A stretch of DNA of 64,000 bases from Candidatus Binatia bacterium (GCA_963666315.2 CAXXHG010000018.1:110936-174935), one strand, 5' to 3'; shown: positions 49,614 to 58,867, numbered from the stretch's first letter. Notes: generated by a model from the letters alone, not told the origin. Numbers and translations: made by a program.

Positions 49614-50126
49614 ATGGCACTCAGCTATCACGTAGGACAGCAGTTCCCCTCGCTGAGCCTGATCGATGATCGGGAGCAGGAGGTTTCGATCGCGGAGCTG
49701 GCAGGAGGGCAGCCGTTGGTCTTGGCTTTCTACCGGGGACCGTGGTGACCGAAGTGACAGGTTCAACTGCGGGAACTGGTCCAGTTCCATCAACGTACCG
49801 AAGTGTCCTATTGCCGACTGGCGGTTGTCTCCGTCGATCCTCCCCTCGTCCAGGCAGCCTTCAAGGCGGGCCTGAGTGCCCAATTCCCCTTCCTGAGTGA
49901 CACAAAGCTGATATTTACCGACAAGCTCGGCATCCGTGAAACGACCGACAGGTCTCACGGTCCCCTCCCCGTCCCCTTTACCTTCGCGCTTTTACCCGAC
50001 CTGACGATACACCGGATTTTCAATGGCTGGTACTTCGTTGGCCGGCCAACACAAGACGAGCTCCGCATCACCATTCGGGAGATGATGGGCAAGACCATAC
50101 AGGACGCGGACTTCAGAGGTGAGTAA
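49614..50126 (+). CDS. AhpC/TSA (peroxiredoxin-like) selenoprotein with a UxxU motif (Sec45, Sec48), 170 aa
   Basis: GAGGAGG RBS, ATG 49614, in-frame TGA at 49746 and 49755 in FYRGPWUPKUQVQL. The frame continues into track ORF 49803-50126 and aligns along its length with Cys paralog 52747-53586. Confidence 0.82.
49772..49788 (+). promoter_or_regulatory. Bacterial SECIS-like hairpin
   Basis: GGAACTG-GTC-CAGTTCC stem with an apical GGTC as in the E. coli fdhF SECIS, starting 14 nt after the second TGA. Confidence 0.65.
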
Positions 50127-50311
50127 CCCAGCAAAAAAGAGTTGGAACGATACAATGGAACGGGAAGAAGGAGACATAGCATCTTTCTTAAGCTTACGGG
50201 ATGAACGGCCCTCTACGCGCCTTCTAAAAAGGAGGGTAAGGTCTGGGATAAGATAATAATGTTGCACCGTCCCTACATGGATTGTATTCGTATTGTTGAT
50301 ATATTACCCCC

Positions 50312-50497
50312 ATGAAAGTTGGTGAGGTGTTACGGGTGCTTCGTGATGCTGGTTGGTATCTTATAACAACACGAGGGAGCCATCGGCAGTTTAAGCATCC
50401 CACCAAATCTGGCCGGGTCACTGTTTCCGGCAAGCCCAGCGACGATCTGGCTCCTGGTACTCTCAACAGAATTCTCAAGCGAGCTGGTCTCAAGTAG
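50312..50497 (+). CDS. hicA: HicA-family toxin
   Basis: L...GW....RGSHRQFKHP.K.GRVTV.G..DLAPGTL..IL..AGL. Confidence 0.9.
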   Translation: MKVGEVLRVLRDAGWYLITTRGSHRQFKHPTKSGRVTVSGKPSDDLAPGTLNRILKRAGLK

Positions 50498-50507
50498 GGA
50501 GGGCTGT

Positions 50508-50720
50508 ATGCGCTTTGCCATTGTGATTGAAAGAGCTGAGAACAACTACTCAGCCTACGTGCCGGATCTGCCGGGCTGTGTGGCTACCGGGGCAACCCTG
50601 GAAGAGACCGGGCGAACGATCCGCGAAGCGATCGAACTGCACCTGACTGGCATGCGAGAAGACGGCCTGCCTGTGCCGGAGCCCTCAAGTCAGGTCGAAT
50701 ATATCGAAGTCACGACCTAA
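50508..50720 (+). CDS. hicB: HicB-family antitoxin
   Basis: IVIE....YSAYVPDLPGC.A.G.T.EE....I.EAI.LHL..MREDG.P.P.P. Confidence 0.9.
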   Translation: MRFAIVIERAENNYSAYVPDLPGCVATGATLEETGRTIREAIELHLTGMREDGLPVPEPSSQVEYIEVTT

Positions 50721-50836
50721 CCAAGTTCCTGCACCATATTGCCGTCCGCTTGCAGCATAGAATAAACCTAACAGGACTTGGTTTGGGAGGCCAACGATGC
50801 GCACGTTAGCCATCTCTAGAGCTCCCCTCCAATAAG

Positions 50837-52524
50837 TCACTGCTCGCTCGATTCGACTACACCCAGACGTTGCGTATTCTCAAACCAGCGCAGGCGGACG
50901 TCTATCGTCTTCTGGTCACCGCTGCTCTTGTCACGCACGACCAGCCCTTCGACAATAATCTCGGCCCCATCAATCCGCGTTGTTGCACCAGAAACGTCGA
51001 AAGCGCTCAGAAACTCAGAGCCGCCCGGCTTGACGACCGTCACCGTACGCAGGGGTGTCGAGAAGACGGCACCGGAGGAAGTTTGGATTTCAACACGGAT
51101 GGTGTGTTCTCCAGTCGCAAGTACATTCCAGTTGAACAATAGCCCCCAGCCACTCCGCAGCGTATTGAGCGCGGGCAACTGTGGAAAGGCAGCCTGCACG
51201 TCACCGCGCTCAGAACAGCAGGGCACCGTCCCTCGCGATATCCCATCAATAAAGAGTTCGACCGGTGCGATGAATGCGCCGACTTAGGTAGCCACCGCCC
51301 AGCCGGCAATAAGGTCAATACCCGACACCGCCTGTTCAGCCTGGGGAACCTCCTGCTGTGCCATGATCGCAACACCCTCAGCCTCTTGTTCCGTATTCAC
51401 AAGACGCGCAATCGTTCCTCGAAGTCCAACCACATATATCTCGCCGGCCTCGTCTTCAGCAAAGGAAACTAGCAAGAGATCCGTATCGAGCACGACGGTC
51501 TGTGCTCCATTTTCATGTAGGAAGATCTCGCCTGTACAAAAATCACCGTAGACGTAGGCTCCAGTTGGCAGCGTCAAGGCGTTGCCCCGGTAGACGTAGC
51601 CGCCGGTAATGGAGCATCTGCCCTGCATATGATCGTATTCGATGAGAGGCGTTATGAAATTTTCGGCAAGACACGCGTCGGGTCCAAGGTCGGTACACAG
51701 GCTCCCCTCGAACACCCGCCAGCCATAGTTTCCGCCTATCGTGACAATGTCCACTTCCTCACGCTCATCTTGTCCGACATCGCCAGCATAGAGTTTATGC
51801 GTTACTCGATCAAAGGAAAACCGCCACGGGTTCCGTAAGCCGAATGCGAAGACTTCGTCTCGTCCTGATATATCACCAAAAAAAGGATTCTCTGGGCGTG
51901 AAGAATACGGCACACTTGCACTCTGCGGTTGGTCAATATCAAGGCGCAATATTTTCCCTAACAGGTCATTCGGATTTTGGGACCGGTTGTCCGGGTCGTT
52001 GCCCAAACCACCGTCACCTGTGGCAATATACAGCAAGCCATCCGGCCCAAACACGAGCATGCCACCATTGTGGTTGCTAAACGGCTGGGCGATGCTGAGC
52101 AGTACGACCTCTTGTACATCCGCTAGATCTGGATTCAGCACTGAGGCACGGTACTCGGCGATGACGGTCGTGCCGTCAGGGTCACGAGTGTAGTTCACGA
52201 AAAATCGACGGTTTCGCGCAAAGTCCGGATGAAAGGCAAGTCCCAGCAGCCCACGCTCGCCACCCGAAAGTATGCGCGATTGGATGTCAAGAAACACACT
52301 CGGCACTACTCCGCCAGGCTGGAGGACGAGAATCCGGCCGGCTTGCTCAAGCACAAACAAGCGCTGACTTCCGTCTCCGGCGTACGTGACATAAACGGGG
52401 CTTGTAAGGTTCGTTAACACCGGCTCAAGGCAACCGACTGCGCACCTAGATCTTGTACGAGTAGCAGGCTGATCCAGAGTCCGGAACACACACACAGGCA
52501 AATCGCTCTAAGAGCGTGTCTCAT
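50837..52524 (-). pseudogene. PQQ-dependent sugar dehydrogenase (GSDH) with a C-terminal Ig-like/unknown domain, disrupted
   Basis: [24 protein letters not shown]...GDGG, GKILR and [11 protein letters not shown]. The signal peptide lies in another frame (frameshift near 52430). An in-frame TAA at 51284-51286 separates the C-terminal domain (50837-51283). Confidence 0.8.
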
Positions 52525-52673
52525 AAGTGTCTCTGTGGCCAAAGCCCGCGCGAAAGCGGCGTGACCAAGGCGCCCGAAGCAGCCATATCCGCTGTGATAT
52601 GGCGATGCAAGGCAACGCTAGACACGCTGGTTGCAGCAGGGCGACGCCCAGAATGGACTTTTTAGACACGCTC
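52512..52673. mobile_element. MITE with IS5-family-like ends inserted in the 5' end of the GSDH gene
   Basis: TIRs GAGCGTGTCTCATAAGT / ACTTTTTAGACACGCTC flanked by TAA and TCA; internal palindrome GCCATATC..GATATGGC. Confidence 0.8.
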
Positions 52674-52746
52674 TCAAAATACTCCACATTCTTAATAAGC
52701 CTCACTTTCCAAGTCTCGTTTTTTAGATGTGTGGGCGAGGGCGAGG

Positions 52747-53586
52747 TTACGTAGACCCCGCGCGTCCGGCATGCCGGACGCGTACAACATGCCGGCCCTG
52801 CGCGCCCTCGACAATGTCGAATTCGACCACCTGGCCAGGGGAAAGTGACCGGTCGCCTTGTCCGGGTATACCGGTAAAATGAACAAAGAATTCTTCGCCC
52901 TCGTCCGCTTTGATGCGGCCTTGGCCTTTGGTAAACCAGAGCACCCGGCCCTTCCCTTTTCCAACAATGTTGAGATTGACAGCGTCTCTTTGACCCGCCC
53001 AGTACGCGGCTGGAATGCGGACGGATTTTACTCTGGGTGCCTCCCACGCCACATGTGGATAATCCGCCCGGCCGTGCATAAGAGCGCGCAGGTCTTGGCG
53101 TAGCTCTTCGACCGAAGGACGTCCGGCCAGCCACCAGCCATTGTAAATTTTGAAGATCGTGAGATCCGGTCTCAGGCAAAATGTGTGCGGGATCGCAATA
53201 TTCGGATATTCTCCATCGGTGTTGTCCATAATGCCGAGCTGGTTAATCACTGACCGGTCAGCGTCACTCAGAAAGGAAAACTCAGCTCCAAGACCGGCCC
53301 GATAGGCTGCGGTGACCCTAGGCGCGTCTACACTGATCGCCACCAGGCTGGCATAGTTGAGCTGTATTTCAGGATAAAAGCTGACGAGCTGACTGAGCTG
53401 TCTATGGTCTCTGGGACAAAAGAAGCCCCGATAAAAAACCACAATCAACGGGCGACCTTGGGTAAATCCGAGTCGGCGCTGAAATTCGTCGCTAACGCTG
53501 AAGTCCGAGAGCCGAACGCTCTCTCCAGTATGATCTGGCAGAATAAAGTCAGGCAAGCGTTGGCCGGGTTGGAGAGTCGTTCCCAT
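52747..53586 (-). CDS. AhpC/TSA redoxin (CPRD) fused to a C-terminal cold-shock domain
   Basis: N-terminal: PDF.LPD, FYRGFFCPRD, ISVD, FLSD. C-terminal: G.V.WF..G.G.I...G.E.FVHFTGI...G.RSL..GQ.VEF.I.EG..G. Confidence 0.88.
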   Translation of the reverse strand: MGTTLQPGQRLPDFILPDHTGESVRLSDFSVSDEFQRRLGFTQGRPLIVVFYRGFFCPRDHRQLSQLVSFYPEIQLNYASLVAISVDAPRVTAAYRAGLGAEFSFLSDADRSVINQLGIMDNTDGEYPNIAIPHTFCLRPDLTIFKIYNGWWLAGRPSVEELRQDLRALMHGRADYPHVAWEAPRVKSVRIPAAYWAGQRDAVNLNIVGKGKGRVLWFTKGQGRIKADEGEEFFVHFTGIPGQGDRSLSPGQVVEFDIVEGAQGRHVVRVRHAGRAGST

Positions 53587-53626
53587 ATCAGGGTTGTAGT
53601 CTAAGAGGTCGGCCCAGTCCTATACT

Positions 53627-55651
53627 TTACCCTAACAGGCGTGGAAACTCTTCCTGCCACTTTCGTTCAAACACCAGCTCGCCATCATGTTGGGCGACCA
53701 ACTCTATTTCCACCACAAACGTGGTCTGCGTACACCGTAGCGTGAGGCTGCTGTCCACCCCAACCTTCCAGCCCGGCCGCTCCAAACCGAGCTGACGTGT
53801 CATCACAGCCTGACAGCTGAGCGGCTGTCCTTCTTGCAAGGACAGAATTTTCCGGTTTGACTCAGACATGGTCAGATTTCGCTCTTCTAGATACGTCCGG
53901 AACGCAGACGAGGTCTCTAGTCTCGTTGTTCCGTCGGCCATGTCACGGTAAACGCCAAACGAACCCGCTTGCCCTTCAAACCGAGCAGGCGGGCTAGGCA
54001 CTTCAGGTGGGTCGAATACAGGCCTCAGCAACTCCGGGTGACGCGAGGGAATCACGGGCAGACTCAATTGGGTGGGATGTTCAGCATCGTGATACAGCGT
54101 CAGCGAAAACGGCCGAGGAGCCGGCCAGGCCAGCGGCCAGTCCGCACCAGCAATACTGAGCCGTACACGGTGGCCGGTCGCAAAAACATGCGAGATACTG
54201 CCAAGCTCGATAGTCACCCGGTACACCTGCCCTGGTGTCAGTGCTGCAGGCTGGGCATGACCGTCGCGGTGCGTCAGGTTCAGAATTCCACGTGTGACAA
54301 GCAGAGACGATCCATCGGGGGCGACATCACACAGCTTGACCGCCACCTGCGCCACAGCTTCTGAGACCGAGATATACAGCCTTACGCGGGGAAATCCCAG
54401 AATTTCCACATCGTCCTGTAGCGGCGCGCTCGTGAACGTCAGGGAATATGCATCATCCCCGCGCTGATCACGCGGCATGCCGCTGGGGCGAAACCCGGTA
54501 CACCAAAAGGGAGCAGCTAGCCCAACCGTTTGCGGCCCATTCCATTGATCTGATGAAGTCTGAGCAGGTGGTTCTAACTGAAAACTTCCGCCTTCTCCGA
54601 GAAACCAGGTTTGCGGAGTAGTCCGTGCCAGCGGCCATTCGGTTTCATAACGCCAGTATCCGGGGATAGTCTCCAGGTACGGCTCGGGTGGACGAGAGTC
54701 TTGAATCCAGACCGCCAAGAGCGGCTCGTCCATAATGCCGGTCTCAATATCCTTCAGCCAATAGTCCCACCAACGGACCATTTCGCGTAGAAAATCAATC
54801 TGCGGACCGGGCCGCGCAGTGTGCGGACGATCATGCAGCCACGGGCCTATCAGTCCTTTTCGTGGAACGCGCAAGTGTTCAAGAATATGCAGGACAAAGT
54901 TGTGATAGCTATCCGCCCAGCCGCCAACGGCAAAGACCGGACACTGAATAGCTTCCCAGCGTTCGCACACAGACCCGTGTTGCCAATAGGCATCCCGGGC
55001 TTGGTGCCGCAGCCAGGCAAAGGGCCATTGCGGCGTTTGCTTGAGCCGTTCTTGCCACAAAGTTTTCCACTCTTCTCCAACAATCTCGGGCAATGCGGGA
55101 AGCGCATTGAGCGCCACCATGCGGCCGGCCCAGGCGACGGATTCGTTCACCGGCAAACAGCCGCCGTGGTAGTGCACATCGTCGCTATAGCGATCAACCA
55201 GGGCATGCATGGCCAGAATGGCCTTAAGCTGCGGCGGGGCATGCATAGCGGCTTGGAGAGCGGTAATGCCTCCATACGACGAGCCCCACATGCCGAGCTT
55301 GCCGCTGCACCAGGGTTGGTCGGCCAGCCACGCAAGGGCGTGAAGACTGTCCTGTTGTTCTTTTGGAGTGTACTCATCTAGCGCAATTCCCGTTGACGCA
55401 CCGGTCCCACGTACGTCGAGACGCACCCCAACGTATCCTTTGCGGGCGAGATAACTATGCGTTTGCCAGTTGCGCGCAATCTTGTTGTCATCTTTTCGAT
55501 ACGGATCGTATTCAACAACCGCCGGAAACGGTCCGTCATGCGGGGCATCCGGCATATACAGCATGGCACCGAGCCGCACGCCGTCCGGCATGGGGATAGC
55601 GATATGCTGGACAATCCGAACCGGATAATCGGCTTGGTTCTGCCTGCTCAT
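53627..55651 (-). CDS. CocE/NonD family hydrolase
   Basis: IPMPDGVRL, PYRK, D.RGTG.S.G, GSSYGG, GGWAD.Y and IGPW.H. Confidence 0.92.
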   Translation of the reverse strand: MSRQNQADYPVRIVQHIAIPMPDGVRLGAMLYMPDAPHDGPFPAVVEYDPYRKDDNKIARNWQTHSYLARKGYVGVRLDVRGTGASTGIALDEYTPKEQQDSLHALAWLADQPWCSGKLGMWGSSYGGITALQAAMHAPPQLKAILAMHALVDRYSDDVHYHGGCLPVNESVAWAGRMVALNALPALPEIVGEEWKTLWQERLKQTPQWPFAWLRHQARDAYWQHGSVCERWEAIQCPVFAVGGWADSYHNFVLHILEHLRVPRKGLIGPWLHDRPHTARPGPQIDFLREMVRWWDYWLKDIETGIMDEPLLAVWIQDSRPPEPYLETIPGYWRYETEWPLARTTPQTWFLGEGGSFQLEPPAQTSSDQWNGPQTVGLAAPFWCTGFRPSGMPRDQRGDDAYSLTFTSAPLQDDVEILGFPRVRLYISVSEAVAQVAVKLCDVAPDGSSLLVTRGILNLTHRDGHAQPAALTPGQVYRVTIELGSISHVFATGHRVRLSIAGADWPLAWPAPRPFSLTLYHDAEHPTQLSLPVIPSRHPELLRPVFDPPEVPSPPARFEGQAGSFGVYRDMADGTTRLETSSAFRTYLEERNLTMSESNRKILSLQEGQPLSCQAVMTRQLGLERPGWKVGVDSSLTLRCTQTTFVVEIELVAQHDGELVFERKWQEEFPRLLG

Positions 55652-55654
55652 GCC

Positions 55655-57781
55655 TCAGCTCAAAGTGACAATCAAATTCTGTTCGGCATCAAGGCGAGCG
55701 TGTGCGTGCGTACCAATCACGACCGTGCATTCGCGCTCTTCGATAATTGCCGGTCCAGCAAGGGTCTCTCCAGGCGGAAGCGCGTACCGATCATAGACCG
55801 CGCATGGCACAAAGCCATCTTGCTCCGGCATATACACGGCCCGTTCGCCTTTGCGCGCCGCAGCCAGACTCAAGCCAGCAGCGGCGGCGCTCTGGAGCGT
55901 AATCTGGGGCTGCGGGCCAGAAGCCACCAGTCGCCAATTGACAATCTCAATATCAACGCCTGGATTGAGACGCTTGTATAAGCGCTCATACTCCACCTCA
56001 AAGACGTGCCGCAGGGCCGGGACCTCTTCCTGCGCGAGTCGTCCGGCAGGCAGCGGTACACGAATCTCAACACCCTGCTGTACGTAGCGCATATCCGCCG
56101 AACGGCTGAGTGTCACCTCACCCTCAACTCCGGCAGCAGTCAGCACGCTCCGGCCGCGTTGCTCCATGTCTGCATAGATACGTTCCAAAACCGCGCCGTC
56201 GAGTTCCGCTAATGTGGTGACATAACTCTGCACAAAATCGAATGCTAAGGGAGCAGTCAACATGCCAAAAGCCGAGGTCACACCGGCGGCCAGCGGACAC
56301 ACTAGCGTCTTGAGCTTGAGCCGTTCGGCCACACGATAGGCGTGCACCGGCCCCGCCCCCCCAAAGGCAATCACACTATACCCGCGCGGATCGCGGCCCT
56401 TCTCAACAAGGTGCATACGCGCGGCATTGGCCATGTTTTCATTCACGACTTGGTGTATGCCCCAGGCTGCTCGGGACAGATCAACCTTGAGCGGTTTGGC
56501 AATTTTTTCTTGAATCACATATTTGGCCTTATCCAAATTGAGGCGCATCTTCCCACCCAGGAAATAGTCCGGATTGAGATAGCCCAACACCACGTCGGCA
56601 TCGGTGACCGTCGGCTCCTGTCCGCCTCGGTCGTAACATACCGGGCCCGGCTCTGAGCCTGCACTATCCGGTCCGACTTTGAGCAGCCCCAGCTCATCAA
56701 TACGGGCAATGCTTCCTCCACCTGCGCCTATCTCTATCATTTCAATAACCGAAACTTTAAGCGGCAGCCCGCTGCCTTTTTTGAAGCGATACACCCGAGC
56801 GGCTTCAAAGTCCGTAGTTAATAACGGCTGGCCGTGATCTATAAGACAGATTTTTGCCGTCGTGCCACCCATGTCAAAGGAAATTACACGGTCGAGCTGC
56901 TGGGTCTGATCCTGCTGCTTCTGGTCGTGCGGCTTGAGGTTCTGGCGTTTGCTATAAAAACTCGCGGCTAAGGCTCCGGCGGCCGGACCGGACTCGATCA
57001 GCCGAATGGGATAGTCCCCGGCAATGGCACAGCTCGTGATCCCACCGTTTGACAACATAATAAACATGTCACGCGGCAACCCAAGGACACGCAGGTCCGC
57101 GTTGAGCTTGTTGAGATATGTCCGCGCCATCGGCTTGACATACACATTCGCAACCGTGGTTGAGGTACGTTCATATTCCCGAATCTCCGGCATGACTTCG
57201 CACGACAACGAAAGGACAAGGTCAGGGAAATGCTGGCTCACGAGTTGTTTGATGCGCAGTTCGTGTTCAGGATTTCGAAAGGAGTGCAAGAGACACACCG
57301 CAAGCGCCTCAACTCCTGCGTCGACTAAACCCTGAATGACCTGTACAGCCTCGTCCGCATCTAAGGGTGTCATGACCTGGCCGGTGTTGTCGAGACGTTC
57401 GTCGACTTCCCGCCGTAAATAGCGCGGCACCAGGGGCTCCGGATTTTCTAAGGAAATATCATAGATATCGTAGCGTCGCTCCCGACCGATCTCTAACGCA
57501 TCCCGAAACCCTTTGGTAGTGATCAGCCCGGTCTTTGCTCCTTTACGTTCGATAATCGCGTTGGTAATCAGCGTTGTGCCGTGGACCAAATGGGTTATGG
57601 CGTCCGCCGGAATAGTTCGTTCTTCCAGCAAACTGGACAGACCGCCCAGCACGGCCTCAGCAGGATCACGCGGTGTTGTGAGCACCTTCCCAATAATCGA
57701 CTCACCATCCTCGGATAAGAGAAAGATATCGGTGAAGGTGCCACCAATATCCACACCTACCCGGTAGTGTCCGTATGTCAT
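55655..57781 (-). CDS. Hydantoinase A / 5-oxoprolinase A subunit
   Basis: VGVDIGGTFTD, HGTT, EYER.ST, SGPAAG, DMGGTT, GAGGGS and GP.SAG..PGP. Start moved to ATG 57781. Confidence 0.92.
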   Translation of the reverse strand: MTYGHYRVGVDIGGTFTDIFLLSEDGESIIGKVLTTPRDPAEAVLGGLSSLLEERTIPADAITHLVHGTTLITNAIIERKGAKTGLITTKGFRDALEIGRERRYDIYDISLENPEPLVPRYLRREVDERLDNTGQVMTPLDADEAVQVIQGLVDAGVEALAVCLLHSFRNPEHELRIKQLVSQHFPDLVLSLSCEVMPEIREYERTSTTVANVYVKPMARTYLNKLNADLRVLGLPRDMFIMLSNGGITSCAIAGDYPIRLIESGPAAGALAASFYSKRQNLKPHDQKQQDQTQQLDRVISFDMGGTTAKICLIDHGQPLLTTDFEAARVYRFKKGSGLPLKVSVIEMIEIGAGGGSIARIDELGLLKVGPDSAGSEPGPVCYDRGGQEPTVTDADVVLGYLNPDYFLGGKMRLNLDKAKYVIQEKIAKPLKVDLSRAAWGIHQVVNENMANAARMHLVEKGRDPRGYSVIAFGGAGPVHAYRVAERLKLKTLVCPLAAGVTSAFGMLTAPLAFDFVQSYVTTLAELDGAVLERIYADMEQRGRSVLTAAGVEGEVTLSRSADMRYVQQGVEIRVPLPAGRLAQEEVPALRHVFEVEYERLYKRLNPGVDIEIVNWRLVASGPQPQITLQSAAAAGLSLAAARKGERAVYMPEQDGFVPCAVYDRYALPPGETLAGPAIIEERECTVVIGTHAHARLDAEQNLIVTLS

Positions 57782-57880
57782 GTTGGTTACTATACAATGG
57801 AAGTCTCTCCTTGTCAGCTCAGACAGATTAGACAGATCCGACTTGTACCCTGCGCGCAGATCAGGAAGAATACACACATA

Positions 57881-58867
57881 ATGAGAAACAACAGGCGGCA
57901 GCGGGGAAACGGAAACAGATCCCAGGACGGACGACGGCGTCAAGCTCGTAGTGGACAACAGCAGCGCGGCAGACGGACGGGGACACCCCCACCGTCAGCC
58001 ACGCTGCAAGAATTTCAGGCTCGGGTGCCGATTGCACCCATCCGCAAAATTCCCCTGGTCGGTCCGGATGCACCACTCACAATTCGCATCCTTGATGTGT
58101 TCTGCCCCATCGGCTTTGGACAACGGGCGATTATCCTGGCTCCGCCTAAGACCGGCAAGACAACGTTCTTAAAAGACCTGTGTGTTGCCATTGCGGCAGG
58201 GGCGCCAAAGGCTATTTTGTACAGTCTCCTGGTTGACGAACGGCCCGAGGAAGTCACCGACTTTCGTCGTGCCGTCCCAGCAGAGGTGTTTGCTTCCTCC
58301 AATGATCGGCCGCTTGAAGAACATCTGGAAGCAGCCGCCAGCTGCCTGGAACGTGCGGTTGGAGAAGCGCTTGCAGATAAGGACGTCGTCATCGTCCTCG
58401 ACTCGCTCACCCGTCTCGGACGAGCCCACAATCTGAATACGACAACCGGTCACACTATGAGCGGCGGCATTGATGCCGGTGCCCTTGAATTACCCAAACG
58501 ACTGTTTGGGGCGGCCCGACAGCTTGAAGATGGTGGATCACTGACGATCATTGCCACGTGCTTGATCGATACCGGCAGCCGCATGGACGAGGTGATCGCT
58601 CAAGAATTTAAAGGTACGGGCAATATGGAGCTTTTGCTCGAACGGCGTCTGGCCGACCGGCGTCTCTTCCCAGCTATTAATATTGCTGCTTCAGGCACCC
58701 GCAAAGAAGAACAACTGCTGGATCCGGACGCACTCAAAGCGTCACGTCTGTTACGACGCAAAGTCGCCGATATGAATACTGTCGAGGCGACGCAAGCCGT
58801 CCTCAGCGTGTTTGAGAAAATCGAGTCAAACGCCGCGTTGATTGAGCAGCTGGCGAGTGCAGGCTGA
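57881..58867 (+). CDS. rho: Transcription termination factor Rho, short form lacking the N-terminal RNA-binding domain
   Basis: [57 protein letters not shown] and SGTRKEE are all present. Only about 40 Arg/Gln/Gly-rich residues precede the motor. Confidence 0.9.
   Translation: MRNNRRQRGNGNRSQDGRRRQARSGQQQRGRRTGTPPPSATLQEFQARVPIAPIRKIPLVGPDAPLTIRILDVFCPIGFGQRAIILAPPKTGKTTFLKDLCVAIAAGAPKAILYSLLVDERPEEVTDFRRAVPAEVFASSNDRPLEEHLEAAASCLERAVGEALADKDVVIVLDSLTRLGRAHNLNTTTGHTMSGGIDAGALELPKRLFGAARQLEDGGSLTIIATCLIDTGSRMDEVIAQEFKGTGNMELLLERRLADRRLFPAINIAASGTRKEEQLLDPDALKASRLLRRKVADMNTVEATQAVLSVFEKIESNAALIEQLASAG

Noticed and set aside
40225-51286. In-frame TAG (40225) and TAA (51284) as recoding (pyrrolysine or alternative code)
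   Set aside because: All three stop codons terminate normal genes in this window. These sites are explained by single substitutions (GAG to TAG, CAA to TAA) in genes that carry other lesions.
57782-57958. ORF-track N-terminal extensions of hydantoinase A (to 57958) and Rho (from 57767)
   Set aside because: They overlap each other head-to-head and resemble neither family. ATG 57781 and ATG 57881 are the plausible starts.
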